Made by a program: the position numbers and the translations under genes
Assembly (NCBI GenBank): GCA_965603415.1
Contig: CBFDCX010000001.1
Location: 1 to 26,068, forward strand
DNA: 26,068 bases
Reading direction: 5' to 3'
Source of the DNA: an uncultured bacterium
Lineage (GTDB): Bacteria > Cloacimonadota > Cloacimonadia > Cloacimonadales > TCS61
Part shown: positions 9,388 to 16,751 of the stretch, one piece after another
Position numbering within the stretch: position 1 is the first letter of the stretch
Layout: each line of letters begins with the position of its first letter
Notes under the pieces: model-generated
What the model was told of the DNA's origin: nothing
Seen by the model: only the letters and a program-made list of their open reading frames with translations
Database searches by the model: none

Positions 9388-10017
9388 TTAAATCTTCCTG
9401 TATTTCATAAAAAACGGTTCAGATCCCTCTTCTTTTTTCTTTTTTTCAAAAAATGTTTCGATGTGTTTTTCTTCGAGATTTCTTGAAAATCCTTTATTAT
9501 AAAATGATTCAAAATCTGTTCTCTCCAGGAAGTGTTGAATGATCCAGTTCGCATATTCTTCATGATCGGTGGAGAGTTCTACAATTCCTTCCGGTTTCAG
9601 TATCCTCCAGAGAACATCTATAAAACCATGCTGGATAAGTCTATTTTTATGATGCTTTCTTTTGGGCCACGGATCGGGATGAATAATATAGATCATCTGA
9701 AATGATCCTTCCGGCACATAATCTGTAATTTTTTCATCTACAAATAATTTTATTATCCGTACATTTTTATTGATTTGCGGGTCAAGCTGACGAATGATCG
9801 TTTTGATCCTCTTTTCCTTCAATTCTATCGCCAGAAAATTTACATCGGGATGTTGCACTGATTTATATAAAAGAAATTCTCCCCTGCCGCTGCCGATCTC
9901 CAGGTGAACAGAATTATTGTTTTCAAAGACTTTATAGAAATCCAGCATTTCATTTTCTTCGATCTGCAACTCGAAGATCTTCCTACTCTCTTCTAACATC
10001 TCTTTATCTGTTAACAT
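9388..10017 (-). CDS. trmB: tRNA (guanine-N7)-methyltransferase, m7G46
   Basis: LEIGSGRGEF, LAIE, HPDPWPKRKHHKNRLIQ, STDHEEY. Confidence 0.93.
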   Translation of the reverse strand: MLTDKEMLEESRKIFELQIEENEMLDFYKVFENNNSVHLEIGSGRGEFLLYKSVQHPDVNFLAIELKEKRIKTIIRQLDPQINKNVRIIKLFVDEKITDYVPEGSFQMIYIIHPDPWPKRKHHKNRLIQHGFIDVLWRILKPEGIVELSTDHEEYANWIIQHFLERTDFESFYNKGFSRNLEEKHIETFFEKKKKEEGSEPFFMKYRKI

Positions 10018-10026
10018 ATTGGTTCT

Positions 10027-10054
10027 AAAAAAGTTGATACGCTTTTCATGTCAA
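10027..10054 (-). promoter_or_regulatory. Putative promoter of trmB
   Basis: Perfect -35 TTGACA at 10054-10049, then a T6 run 16 nt downstream. No canonical TAnnnT at normal spacing. Confidence 0.45.
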
Positions 10055-10129
10055 TAAAACAAGCTTGTTAACATCAAAAGAACTAATTGAAGTACAGAGA
10101 GCCTTTTATTCCAAAGTCCCTTTTTTACC

Positions 10130-10166
10130 AAATCTCGTTCCCAAACCCCGTTTGGGAACGAGATTT
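10130..10166. repeat. Perfect 17-bp palindromic hairpin, REP-like
   Basis: AAATCTCGTTCCCAAAC-CCC-GTTTGGGAACGAGATTT. Its terminal 12-mer GGAACGAGATTT recurs at 14809-14820. Confidence 0.85.
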
Positions 10167-10212
10167 AAATAATAAAATGATTTAATTATTTTCTAAAGAT
10201 ATCTGTTTTCAT

Positions 10213-10241
10213 TTGACACAAATTCACTCAAAAAATTTTGT
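10213..10241 (+). promoter_or_regulatory. Putative promoter of the endonuclease gene
   Basis: TTGACA-N17-TTTTGT. An alternative TTCACT-N18-TAGAAT (10223-10252) overlaps it. Confidence 0.4.
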
Positions 10242-10272
10242 TTGAATAGAATTAGTTAAATGGATGGATGAA

Positions 10273-11313
10273 ATGAAAAACATATTGAGTATATTATTTA
10301 CATTAATTGTGTTAAATCTTATCGCACAAATCCCACCCGGTTATTATGATGGCACTGAAGGATTAAGCGGAGATGATCTAAAATCTGCGTTAAACGATAT
10401 TATTGATGGTCACACCGAATTGAGTTATGATAATGTTTGGAATGCACTGCGTGATACTGATGAAGACCCTGATAATACGGATAATGTTATCTTGCTTTAT
10501 ACTGGTTGGTCGGTATCAAATTCTGGTTATCCAATTTGGAATCGTGAGCATACCTGGGCTAAATCACATGGCGATTTTGGAAATGACCCGCCTTGTGGAA
10601 CCGATGTCCATCACCTGCGTCCTACAGATGTTCAGGTGAATGGTGATCGTGGAAACCTGGATTTTGATTACAGTGACAATCCTTACCCGACGATTCCGGG
10701 ATGTTTTTATGATGGTAATTCATGGGAACCTCGCGATGAGGTTAAGGGTGATGTTGCCAGAATGATCTTTTACATGGCAACCCGTTATGAAGGAGAAAAC
10801 GGTGAGCTTGATCTGGTCGCAGTAGATGAAGTTAATACTTATCCAAATCCTGAGCATGGAAAACTTTCAGCTCTTTTGGAATGGAATACATTGGATCCTC
10901 CAAGTGTATTTGAAGAGACACGTAACGACAGGATTTATGATAACTGGCAGGGAAACCGCAATCCCTTCATAGATCACCCGGAATTTGTGGACTTGATCTG
11001 GAATTCAGTTTCAGCAGATAAGAATCAGATGTCTCTTTCATCATTTAATTTATATAATTACCCGAATCCATTCAATCCAGAAACAACAATTTCTTTTTCA
11101 TTAAACAATGAAAACACTGAAGATACTGAAATAATCATTTTTAATCTGAAAGGACAGAAAGTAAAACGTCTTTCAACTATAAACGGTCAGCAGTCAGTAG
11201 TTTGGAATGGCAAAGACTCTAACGGTAATCCTGTGTGTTCAGGAGTTTATTTCTATTATTTGAAAGTGAATAAAAAAACTTTCAGTATTAAGAAGTGCTT
11301 ACTTCTGAAATAA
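10273..11313 (+). CDS. Secreted endonuclease I family nuclease (EndA/Bsn-like) with a C-terminal FlgD-Ig/T9SS type A-like sorting domain
   Basis: Signal peptide MKNILSILFTLIVLNLIA (start 10273 preferred over 10264); NREHTWAKSHG, DVHHLRP...NGDRGN, WEPRDEVKGDVARMIFYMATRY, QGNRNPFIDHPE; tail NYPNPFNPETTI...FNLKGQKV...WNGKD..G..V.SGVYFY...KKCLLLK. Confidence 0.9.
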   Translation: MKNILSILFTLIVLNLIAQIPPGYYDGTEGLSGDDLKSALNDIIDGHTELSYDNVWNALRDTDEDPDNTDNVILLYTGWSVSNSGYPIWNREHTWAKSHGDFGNDPPCGTDVHHLRPTDVQVNGDRGNLDFDYSDNPYPTIPGCFYDGNSWEPRDEVKGDVARMIFYMATRYEGENGELDLVAVDEVNTYPNPEHGKLSALLEWNTLDPPSVFEETRNDRIYDNWQGNRNPFIDHPEFVDLIWNSVSADKNQMSLSSFNLYNYPNPFNPETTISFSLNNENTEDTEIIIFNLKGQKVKRLSTINGQQSVVWNGKDSNGNPVCSGVYFYYLKVNKKTFSIKKCLLLK

Positions 11314-11314
11314 A

Positions 11315-11953
11315 TTAGTATCTTTCTGCAAATCCCACAAAAGGATTATTTCTCTTTTCCTTACCAATTGTAGTCTCCGGTCCATGACCGGGTAGAACTA
11401 TCGTTTCATCGGGCAGTTTAAAAAGTTTATCTTTTATCGAAGATATCAGCATTTCATAATTTCCACCAGGAAGATCTGTGCGACCGATCCCTTTTGAGAA
11501 AAGAGTATCACCCGAAAATAATAGTCCATCCACCAGCAGACAAATACCACCAAGAGAATGTCCGGGAGTGTGAATAACAGTGACTTCATAGTTGCCAAGA
11601 GTGATCTTATCTCCATCTTTAAAGAGAACATCCGCAGGTGGTGAAACGATATCGGCATTCCAGAATTCACTCAGATTAAGTTTGGCTTCAGTAAGTTTGG
11701 CAGCGTCGGCTTCATGGATACTGAGCGGAGCAGAAAAACTATCTTTGATAAGTTGATTTCCTGCAATATGGTCGCCATGCCCGTGAGTATTAATAATGTA
11801 TTTCAAATCTAACTTCAGGTTTTTGATCTCTTCGGTCAGCATTTTATCCGGTGCAGCTGGATCGATTATCATTGCCTGCCGTGATTTTTCATCCCACACG
11901 ATGTAGGTGTTCGTGCCGAATTCGGGAAGGACATTATACACTTTATATTTCAT
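11315..11953 (-). CDS. Metallo-beta-lactamase fold hydrolase, glyoxalase II/YcbL-like, 212 aa
   Basis: THGHGDH (HxHxDH), TPGHS.G, FSGDTLF, PGHGPETT. Start moved from 12004 to the ATG at 11953, which has SD AGAGGA. Confidence 0.88.
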   Translation of the reverse strand: MKYKVYNVLPEFGTNTYIVWDEKSRQAMIIDPAAPDKMLTEEIKNLKLDLKYIINTHGHGDHIAGNQLIKDSFSAPLSIHEADAAKLTEAKLNLSEFWNADIVSPPADVLFKDGDKITLGNYEVTVIHTPGHSLGGICLLVDGLLFSGDTLFSKGIGRTDLPGGNYEMLISSIKDKLFKLPDETIVLPGHGPETTIGKEKRNNPFVGFAERY

Positions 11954-12102
11954 ATTTCCTCTTTCGTACCACAAACATCCTTGTTTGCGATTGGAATTAA
12001 CCATTTTTTCTCAAAGACAGAGCTTCGAGTTACAGATTTATCTTCCATTAAACACTGCTCAGGATTCGTCCAGACTTCGTATAACTTCGGCTCGGCTGGC
12101 AT
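11950..12102 (-). CDS. Candidate 50-aa small protein, below the ORF-track cutoff
   Basis: MPAEPKLYEVWTNPEQCLMEDKSVTRSSVFEKKWLIPIANKDVCGTKEEI*. Fills the spacer and its TGA overlaps the MBL start as ATGA. No clear SD. Confidence 0.4.
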   Translation of the reverse strand: MPAEPKLYEVWTNPEQCLMEDKSVTRSSVFEKKWLIPIANKDVCGTKEEI

Positions 12103-12112
12103 AATAACAACA

Positions 12113-13096
12113 TTAAATAATTATTTTCTCCACTTCTCTTGGATCCATCTTTTCGGTTTCAATCTGATTTTGCAATTGAAATTTTTTCCCATAAACCACT
12201 ATTGATGTTTCGGGAGCTTTATTACAATAACGCAAAAGCAGGGAAACTGCGATCTTGATCTCTTCTTCAATTGGTTGATTCATTGAATTCAATATTCCTA
12301 AAGGTCCGGGAAAATCTTTCGCTTGCAATACTATTTCATCCACTGCTAGGCTGGTGAGAGCATCATTATCCTTTTCATTCCTGCCAACTATTATCTTTAT
12401 ATTATCACTTATCCGGAAATGCCTGCCAATTTTAAGGAATTCAATGAATTTCATCTCCATCATATCATTTTCCATCAAATCTCGCAAGCGTCGTGAATAG
12501 CCAGCATCTGTAAGCAGGCAGCCACCGCCGGGATTCTGATAAAATGTTATCCCATATTTTTCTGCCATTTCTATTTGGAGGTATCTTCCCCTGCCCTGGA
12601 TGTTCAGCATATCTTCTTTTTTTACCCAGCCTTCACGTATTGGAAGGGTATCGGTGAGTAATTTCTGGGAAAGCGGACGTATCAGCAGATCCTTGATTTG
12701 GCTTAATTTTCCCACAGCGTTCAGGGCATCGTGACGCTGGCTCATGGGTCTTTGACCCAGCACTTCACCGGAGATGATCAAATCGATCTTGTATTGCTCC
12801 ATTAATTGCGCAGCTTCCCTGAACATCAAGCCGTGGCAATCTATGCAGGGGTTCATGTTCTTACCAAAACCATAACGTGGATTTTTTAACATTTCCAAAT
12901 GTTTTTGTGAAATATCGTGTACGATCAATTCAAAACCTATCTGCTCTGCTGCTTTCTTTGCATTCTCAGGTCCGAAGAATAAACTCTTAAAGAAAATTGG
13001 AACAACTTCATAGCCAAGTTCGCTCATGTGAAGCACAGCCAACATACTATCCAATCCACCTGAGAAAAGTGCAAAACACCTGTATTTTCTTTTCAT
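12113..13096 (-). CDS. PP-loop tRNA sulfurtransferase-like protein (ThiI/MnmA-like, no THUMP) with an NFACT-R/DUF814-like C-terminal domain
   Basis: FSGGLDS PP-loop, NPCIDC, SGEVLGQRPMSQ, GGGCLLTD, IGRHFR..IIVGRNEKDN. SD GAGGA. Confidence 0.75.
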   Translation of the reverse strand: MKRKYRCFALFSGGLDSMLAVLHMSELGYEVVPIFFKSLFFGPENAKKAAEQIGFELIVHDISQKHLEMLKNPRYGFGKNMNPCIDCHGLMFREAAQLMEQYKIDLIISGEVLGQRPMSQRHDALNAVGKLSQIKDLLIRPLSQKLLTDTLPIREGWVKKEDMLNIQGRGRYLQIEMAEKYGITFYQNPGGGCLLTDAGYSRRLRDLMENDMMEMKFIEFLKIGRHFRISDNIKIIVGRNEKDNDALTSLAVDEIVLQAKDFPGPLGILNSMNQPIEEEIKIAVSLLLRYCNKAPETSIVVYGKKFQLQNQIETEKMDPREVEKIII

Positions 13097-13113
13097 AATT
13101 CCTCAAATAAAAG

Positions 13114-13189
<76 letters not shown>

Positions 13190-13214
13190 ACATTCTTTTA
13201 TTGATACACATAGC

Positions 13215-13244
13215 AGAGAAATTGAATTACACTTTTCAGGTCAA
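13215..13244 (-). promoter_or_regulatory. Putative promoter of the tRNA-Thr / thiI-like operon
   Basis: TTGACC-N18-TTCTCT, 25 nt upstream of the mature tRNA 5' end. Confidence 0.45.
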
Positions 13245-13335
13245 GTTGAAACTTGATTCATAATGATGGAAATTTAAATATTGACGGTTGGATAGAACTA
13301 TATCAATTTACAATAAAATCAGTAACAGGAATATT

Positions 13336-14064
13336 ATGAATAATGTTTTAGCAATTATCTGGGATTTTGATGGAACGCTGATTGATACACGCCAAAAGAA
13401 TCTGAACGTAACCCGCAGAATAATAGAGCAGATAATAATGAAAAAAGCAGATACTTTCCCGGTTTTGTCTTCTCTTGAGAATTACATTTCCGCCACTTCC
13501 AAAGCCACAAACTGGCGTGAGCTGTATACTCGCAAATTCGGGCTTACTAACCGGCAAACAGATCTGGCAGGAACGCTATGGACGAAATATCAACTGCAGG
13601 ACAATACACCAACCAAACTCTTTCCAGGAATTCATGATGTCCTTTTGCAATTACAAAATATACCACATGGTATTGTTTCGCAAAACTCACACAGCAATAT
13701 CCTTAAATTATTAAACGAATATAGATTGGAAGATCTTTTTAAAGCTGTCATCGGCTATGAAGAAGTAGATATCATCAGGCAGAAACCCGAGCCGGATGGA
13801 CTTCTGGCTTGCATCAATAAATTATGCAATTCATCCAGCGGAAACGTGTTTTATATAGGCGATCATGAAACTGATATTGTTTGTGCGAATAATGCTAATG
13901 CTGTTTTGAAAACAAAAAATTCCGGGATCGAAATATCCAGTATTGCTGCACATTATGGTGTGGTCGATGATATTTCAAACTGGAATACCAAATCTGATTT
14001 TACGGCAGAGAAAGTAGAAGATATAATAGAATTTAGCAAGTTGATGGAAATGGATAGAAAATGA
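13336..14064 (+). CDS. HAD-superfamily hydrolase, phosphoglycolate phosphatase-like, 242 aa
   Basis: WDFDGTLID motif I, VSQN motif II, KPEPD motif III, IGDHETD motif IV. Start moved from TTG 13288 to ATG 13336, which has AGGA 5 nt upstream. Confidence 0.87.
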   Translation: MNNVLAIIWDFDGTLIDTRQKNLNVTRRIIEQIIMKKADTFPVLSSLENYISATSKATNWRELYTRKFGLTNRQTDLAGTLWTKYQLQDNTPTKLFPGIHDVLLQLQNIPHGIVSQNSHSNILKLLNEYRLEDLFKAVIGYEEVDIIRQKPEPDGLLACINKLCNSSSGNVFYIGDHETDIVCANNANAVLKTKNSGIEISSIAAHYGVVDDISNWNTKSDFTAEKVEDIIEFSKLMEMDRK

Positions 14065-14744
14065 AGGGAACTCAAAAACCGCGCACCAAGATCTGCTGTA
14101 TTGGCAGTGTGAAAGAAGCTGAAATGGCAATCGAATTGGGAGCATCTGCATTGGGACTTGTTGGTAATATGCCCAGCGGACCGGGTGTAATACCGGACGA
14201 TAAAATTGCTGAAATAGCCAGTATAATTCCATCATCTATTGCTTCATTCCTGCTGACAAGTGAGACGGATGCAGAAAAGATAATCATGCATCAAAAACGG
14301 GTTGGAACAAATACTATACAGATCGTTGATAAATTACAAACAGGAACCTACGAAGATATCCGCTCCGCATTAAATAATATTAAACTTGTTCAGGTAATAC
14401 ACGTTTTAGATGAGAGCTCGATCGATGAAGCAATTGCTGTTTCACAGCATGTGGATGCTGTGCTGCTGGATTCGGGAAATCCAAACTTGAAAGTGAAAAA
14501 ATTGGGTGGAACTGACAGGATTCACAACTGGGAGATCAGTAAAATAATCCGTCAGAAACTGGATATCCCCATCTTCCTGGCAGGTGGAATTAATCCTGAT
14601 AATATTACAAAAGCTATTCGCTTTGTTCAACCATTTGGCATCGATATTTGCAATGGCGTAAGAACCAATGGTAAATTAGATGAGTATAAATTAAAAAACC
14701 TATTTAAAAGAATAAAAACTATAAGAGCAGGATCAAATAATTAA
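14061..14744 (+). CDS. trpF: Phosphoribosylanthranilate isomerase-like TIM barrel, outside any trp operon
   Basis: TKICCI.S..EA..A...GA.ALGLV, LLDSG, GGT.R.H.W, FLAGGINPDN, GIDICNGV. ATGA overlap with the HAD gene. Confidence 0.82.
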   Translation: MKGTQKPRTKICCIGSVKEAEMAIELGASALGLVGNMPSGPGVIPDDKIAEIASIIPSSIASFLLTSETDAEKIIMHQKRVGTNTIQIVDKLQTGTYEDIRSALNNIKLVQVIHVLDESSIDEAIAVSQHVDAVLLDSGNPNLKVKKLGGTDRIHNWEISKIIRQKLDIPIFLAGGINPDNITKAIRFVQPFGIDICNGVRTNGKLDEYKLKNLFKRIKTIRAGSNN

Positions 14745-14750
14745 TTACTT

Positions 14751-14820
14751 CTTGTTCCCATGCTCCCGCGTGGGAACATTTGGTCTTGCGTTCCAACGCA
14801 GGAGCGTAGGAACGAGATTT
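14751..14820. repeat. Inverted doublet of 27-nt REP-like palindromes (REPIN-like) between convergent trpF and tsaD
   Basis: Left CTTGTTCCCATGCTCCCGCGTGGGAAC (14751-14777) matches the reverse complement of 14790-14816 at 22/27 positions; 12-nt spacer; each arm is itself a hairpin. Confidence 0.8.
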
Positions 14821-14829
14821 TAAGTTACA

Positions 14830-15840
14830 TTAAATAAATCTTACACCTTTGGTGGAAAAAGCATTCAGTGATAGATCGGCAAATTCGCTGCGTGCGTATT
14901 TTTCTACTGCAGCAGCACCTATCATTGCAGCATTGTCCATACAGTATTCAAGGGGAGGAAAATAAACTTCAATGCTCATTTTCCTGGTTTGTTCCGTTAT
15001 TTCCTGCCTGAGAAGGCTGTTAGCTGAAACACCCCCCGCTACGATTATTACTTTCGAATTATACTTTTTCGCATAATTAATTGTTTTAGAAACTAAGCTG
15101 TCTACAATAGCCTTTTGAACAGATGCGGTAATATCAGATATATGCTTTTTTTGAAACTCTTTATCATGAGCCAAAAGGTAATTCCGCACTGCAGTTTTAA
15201 AACCGCTGAAGCTGAAATCGAAATTATCTTTTTGTTTCATAGCGCGTGGGAAATCTACAAAGTGTGGATCTCCACCTTTTGCTGTACTATCAATTTGCGG
15301 ACCTCCCGGATAACCCAATCCCAATAATTTCGCTACTTTGTCGAATGCTTCTCCAGCCGCATCATCACGAGTTTTCCCCACGATATCAAAATCATTTATA
15401 GCTCTGAAATCAACCAACTCGGTATGACCACCTGAAACTACCAGAGCCAGGTAAGGAGGATCTAGATCAGGATTCTGGATCTTATTAGCATAGATATGAC
15501 CCAGCATGTGATTCACAGCAATAAGAGGTTTATTCAGGCTATAAGCCAGACTTTTGGCAAAAGAAACACCTACCAATAGTGCTCCGATCAATCCCGGATT
15601 TACCGAAACAGCGATTGCATCGATATCATTGAATGTTACTTCAGCTTTATTCATGGTAATTTGTGTAAGCTTCATAATGTTCTTCATATGCATTCGTGAT
15701 GCCAGTTCGGGAACAACACCCCCAAAATCCTGATGAGCGGTTTGGGAAGAAATGAGATTACTATATACTTTATAATTTGAATCGATTACAGCTACGGAAG
15801 TATCATCACAGGATGTTTCAAAGGCAAGTATCTTAATCAT
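14830..15840 (-). CDS. tsaD: tRNA N6-adenosine threonylcarbamoyltransferase
   Basis: LAFETSCDDTSVAV, GGVVPELASRMH, HMLGH, LVVSGGHT, DDAAGEAFDKVAK.LGLGYPGGP, FSFSG.KT, GGVSAN, CMDNAAMI. Confidence 0.97.
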   Translation of the reverse strand: MIKILAFETSCDDTSVAVIDSNYKVYSNLISSQTAHQDFGGVVPELASRMHMKNIMKLTQITMNKAEVTFNDIDAIAVSVNPGLIGALLVGVSFAKSLAYSLNKPLIAVNHMLGHIYANKIQNPDLDPPYLALVVSGGHTELVDFRAINDFDIVGKTRDDAAGEAFDKVAKLLGLGYPGGPQIDSTAKGGDPHFVDFPRAMKQKDNFDFSFSGFKTAVRNYLLAHDKEFQKKHISDITASVQKAIVDSLVSKTINYAKKYNSKVIIVAGGVSANSLLRQEITEQTRKMSIEVYFPPLEYCMDNAAMIGAAAVEKYARSEFADLSLNAFSTKGVRFI

Positions 15841-15863
15841 GTTCCACCATTGAAGGTAATTTT

Positions 15864-16751
15864 TTACTTATTTTCAATAACCTGTATTTTCTTGGGAGTA
15901 TATTCAATTATCCTAATACCGGAAGGAACTTCGAATTTTACTTCTGCAAATCCCTTTCGTACTTTCGCTAAATTGAGATTGGCAATTATTGAATTATTAT
16001 CAAGTTTTTCCACGATCTCTTTTGGACCACGAACCATTATTGAAACTTTTTGAGGAATTATCGAGACATTTTCTGTTTCCGGGAATTTAATGGGAATCAG
16101 GGAAATTGTGCGGTTGATGATCTTGGTTTGTGTTACTTCGAATATGATCCTGTCTTTTAATAATTCGGCCTTAGCATCGGGTGTGATAAGCAAAACCGAA
16201 AGCTTCCCATTTTTCACCATTTTTTTAGTGATCGGTTCTGTTTGAATTGTTTTAATTGCATTAAGAATGGCCAGCGGACCCTTCACAGTTACCCTCTGTT
16301 GTGTATTTGTGATCTTATTCTCGATGAAGAATTCCTCATCTTTGGCGGAGGCATATTGTATCTCGATAACTTTATTCTTCTCTACCAGTTTGTCCATGTT
16401 CACATTCAGATTTCCGGTTTTATCAATATTGAGTATCTCTAATTGAAGCCGGTGGGAATAGATTAAGTTCTTATCAGTGAATTTGAGTTTGTTTTTTCCG
16501 TATTTGAAGATTTCCGCATCAATTTCGAAATGGGTTTTAGATAATTTTAAAAAAAAAATATCCATTCCTTTTGCACGAATATGAACAGGGATCTCAGGAA
16601 GCTCTTCCTCAAGAAGAAGATCGTGTGGTACATTTACTAATTTTATTGAGACAGGAATTTCTTCTTCATGAATTTTCATTAATGTGAACTGCATCCAGAG
16701 TAAGATCGCAATTATAAGAACCAGAATTTTAATTAAAAGATTTTTTCCCAT
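15864..16751 (-). CDS. YbbR/CdaR-like membrane-anchored protein
   Basis: N-terminal anchor KILVLIIAILLW; YbbR-type repeats VTVKGPLAIL and VSIMVRGPKEIVEKL...IIANLNL...VPSGIRII..TPKKIQV. Confidence 0.75.
   Translation of the reverse strand: MGKNLLIKILVLIIAILLWMQFTLMKIHEEEIPVSIKLVNVPHDLLLEEELPEIPVHIRAKGMDIFFLKLSKTHFEIDAEIFKYGKNKLKFTDKNLIYSHRLQLEILNIDKTGNLNVNMDKLVEKNKVIEIQYASAKDEEFFIENKITNTQQRVTVKGPLAILNAIKTIQTEPITKKMVKNGKLSVLLITPDAKAELLKDRIIFEVTQTKIINRTISLIPIKFPETENVSIIPQKVSIMVRGPKEIVEKLDNNSIIANLNLAKVRKGFAEVKFEVPSGIRIIEYTPKKIQVIENK

Noticed and set aside
11954-12004. ORF-track N-terminal extension of the MBL hydrolase
   Set aside because: The ATG at 11953 has a clear SD and starts the domain; the extension overlaps the better small-ORF candidate.
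13288-13335. ORF-track TTG start of the HAD gene
   Set aside because: Motif I would be unusually far from the N-terminus, and the TTG lies within the promoter region. The ATG at 13336 has an SD.
16549-16558. A10 tract in ybbR, also T9 at 24359-24367 and A8 at 23777-23784, as phase-variation switches
   Set aside because: Frames are intact and A/T runs of this length are common in this AT-rich window; read-level length variation would be needed.
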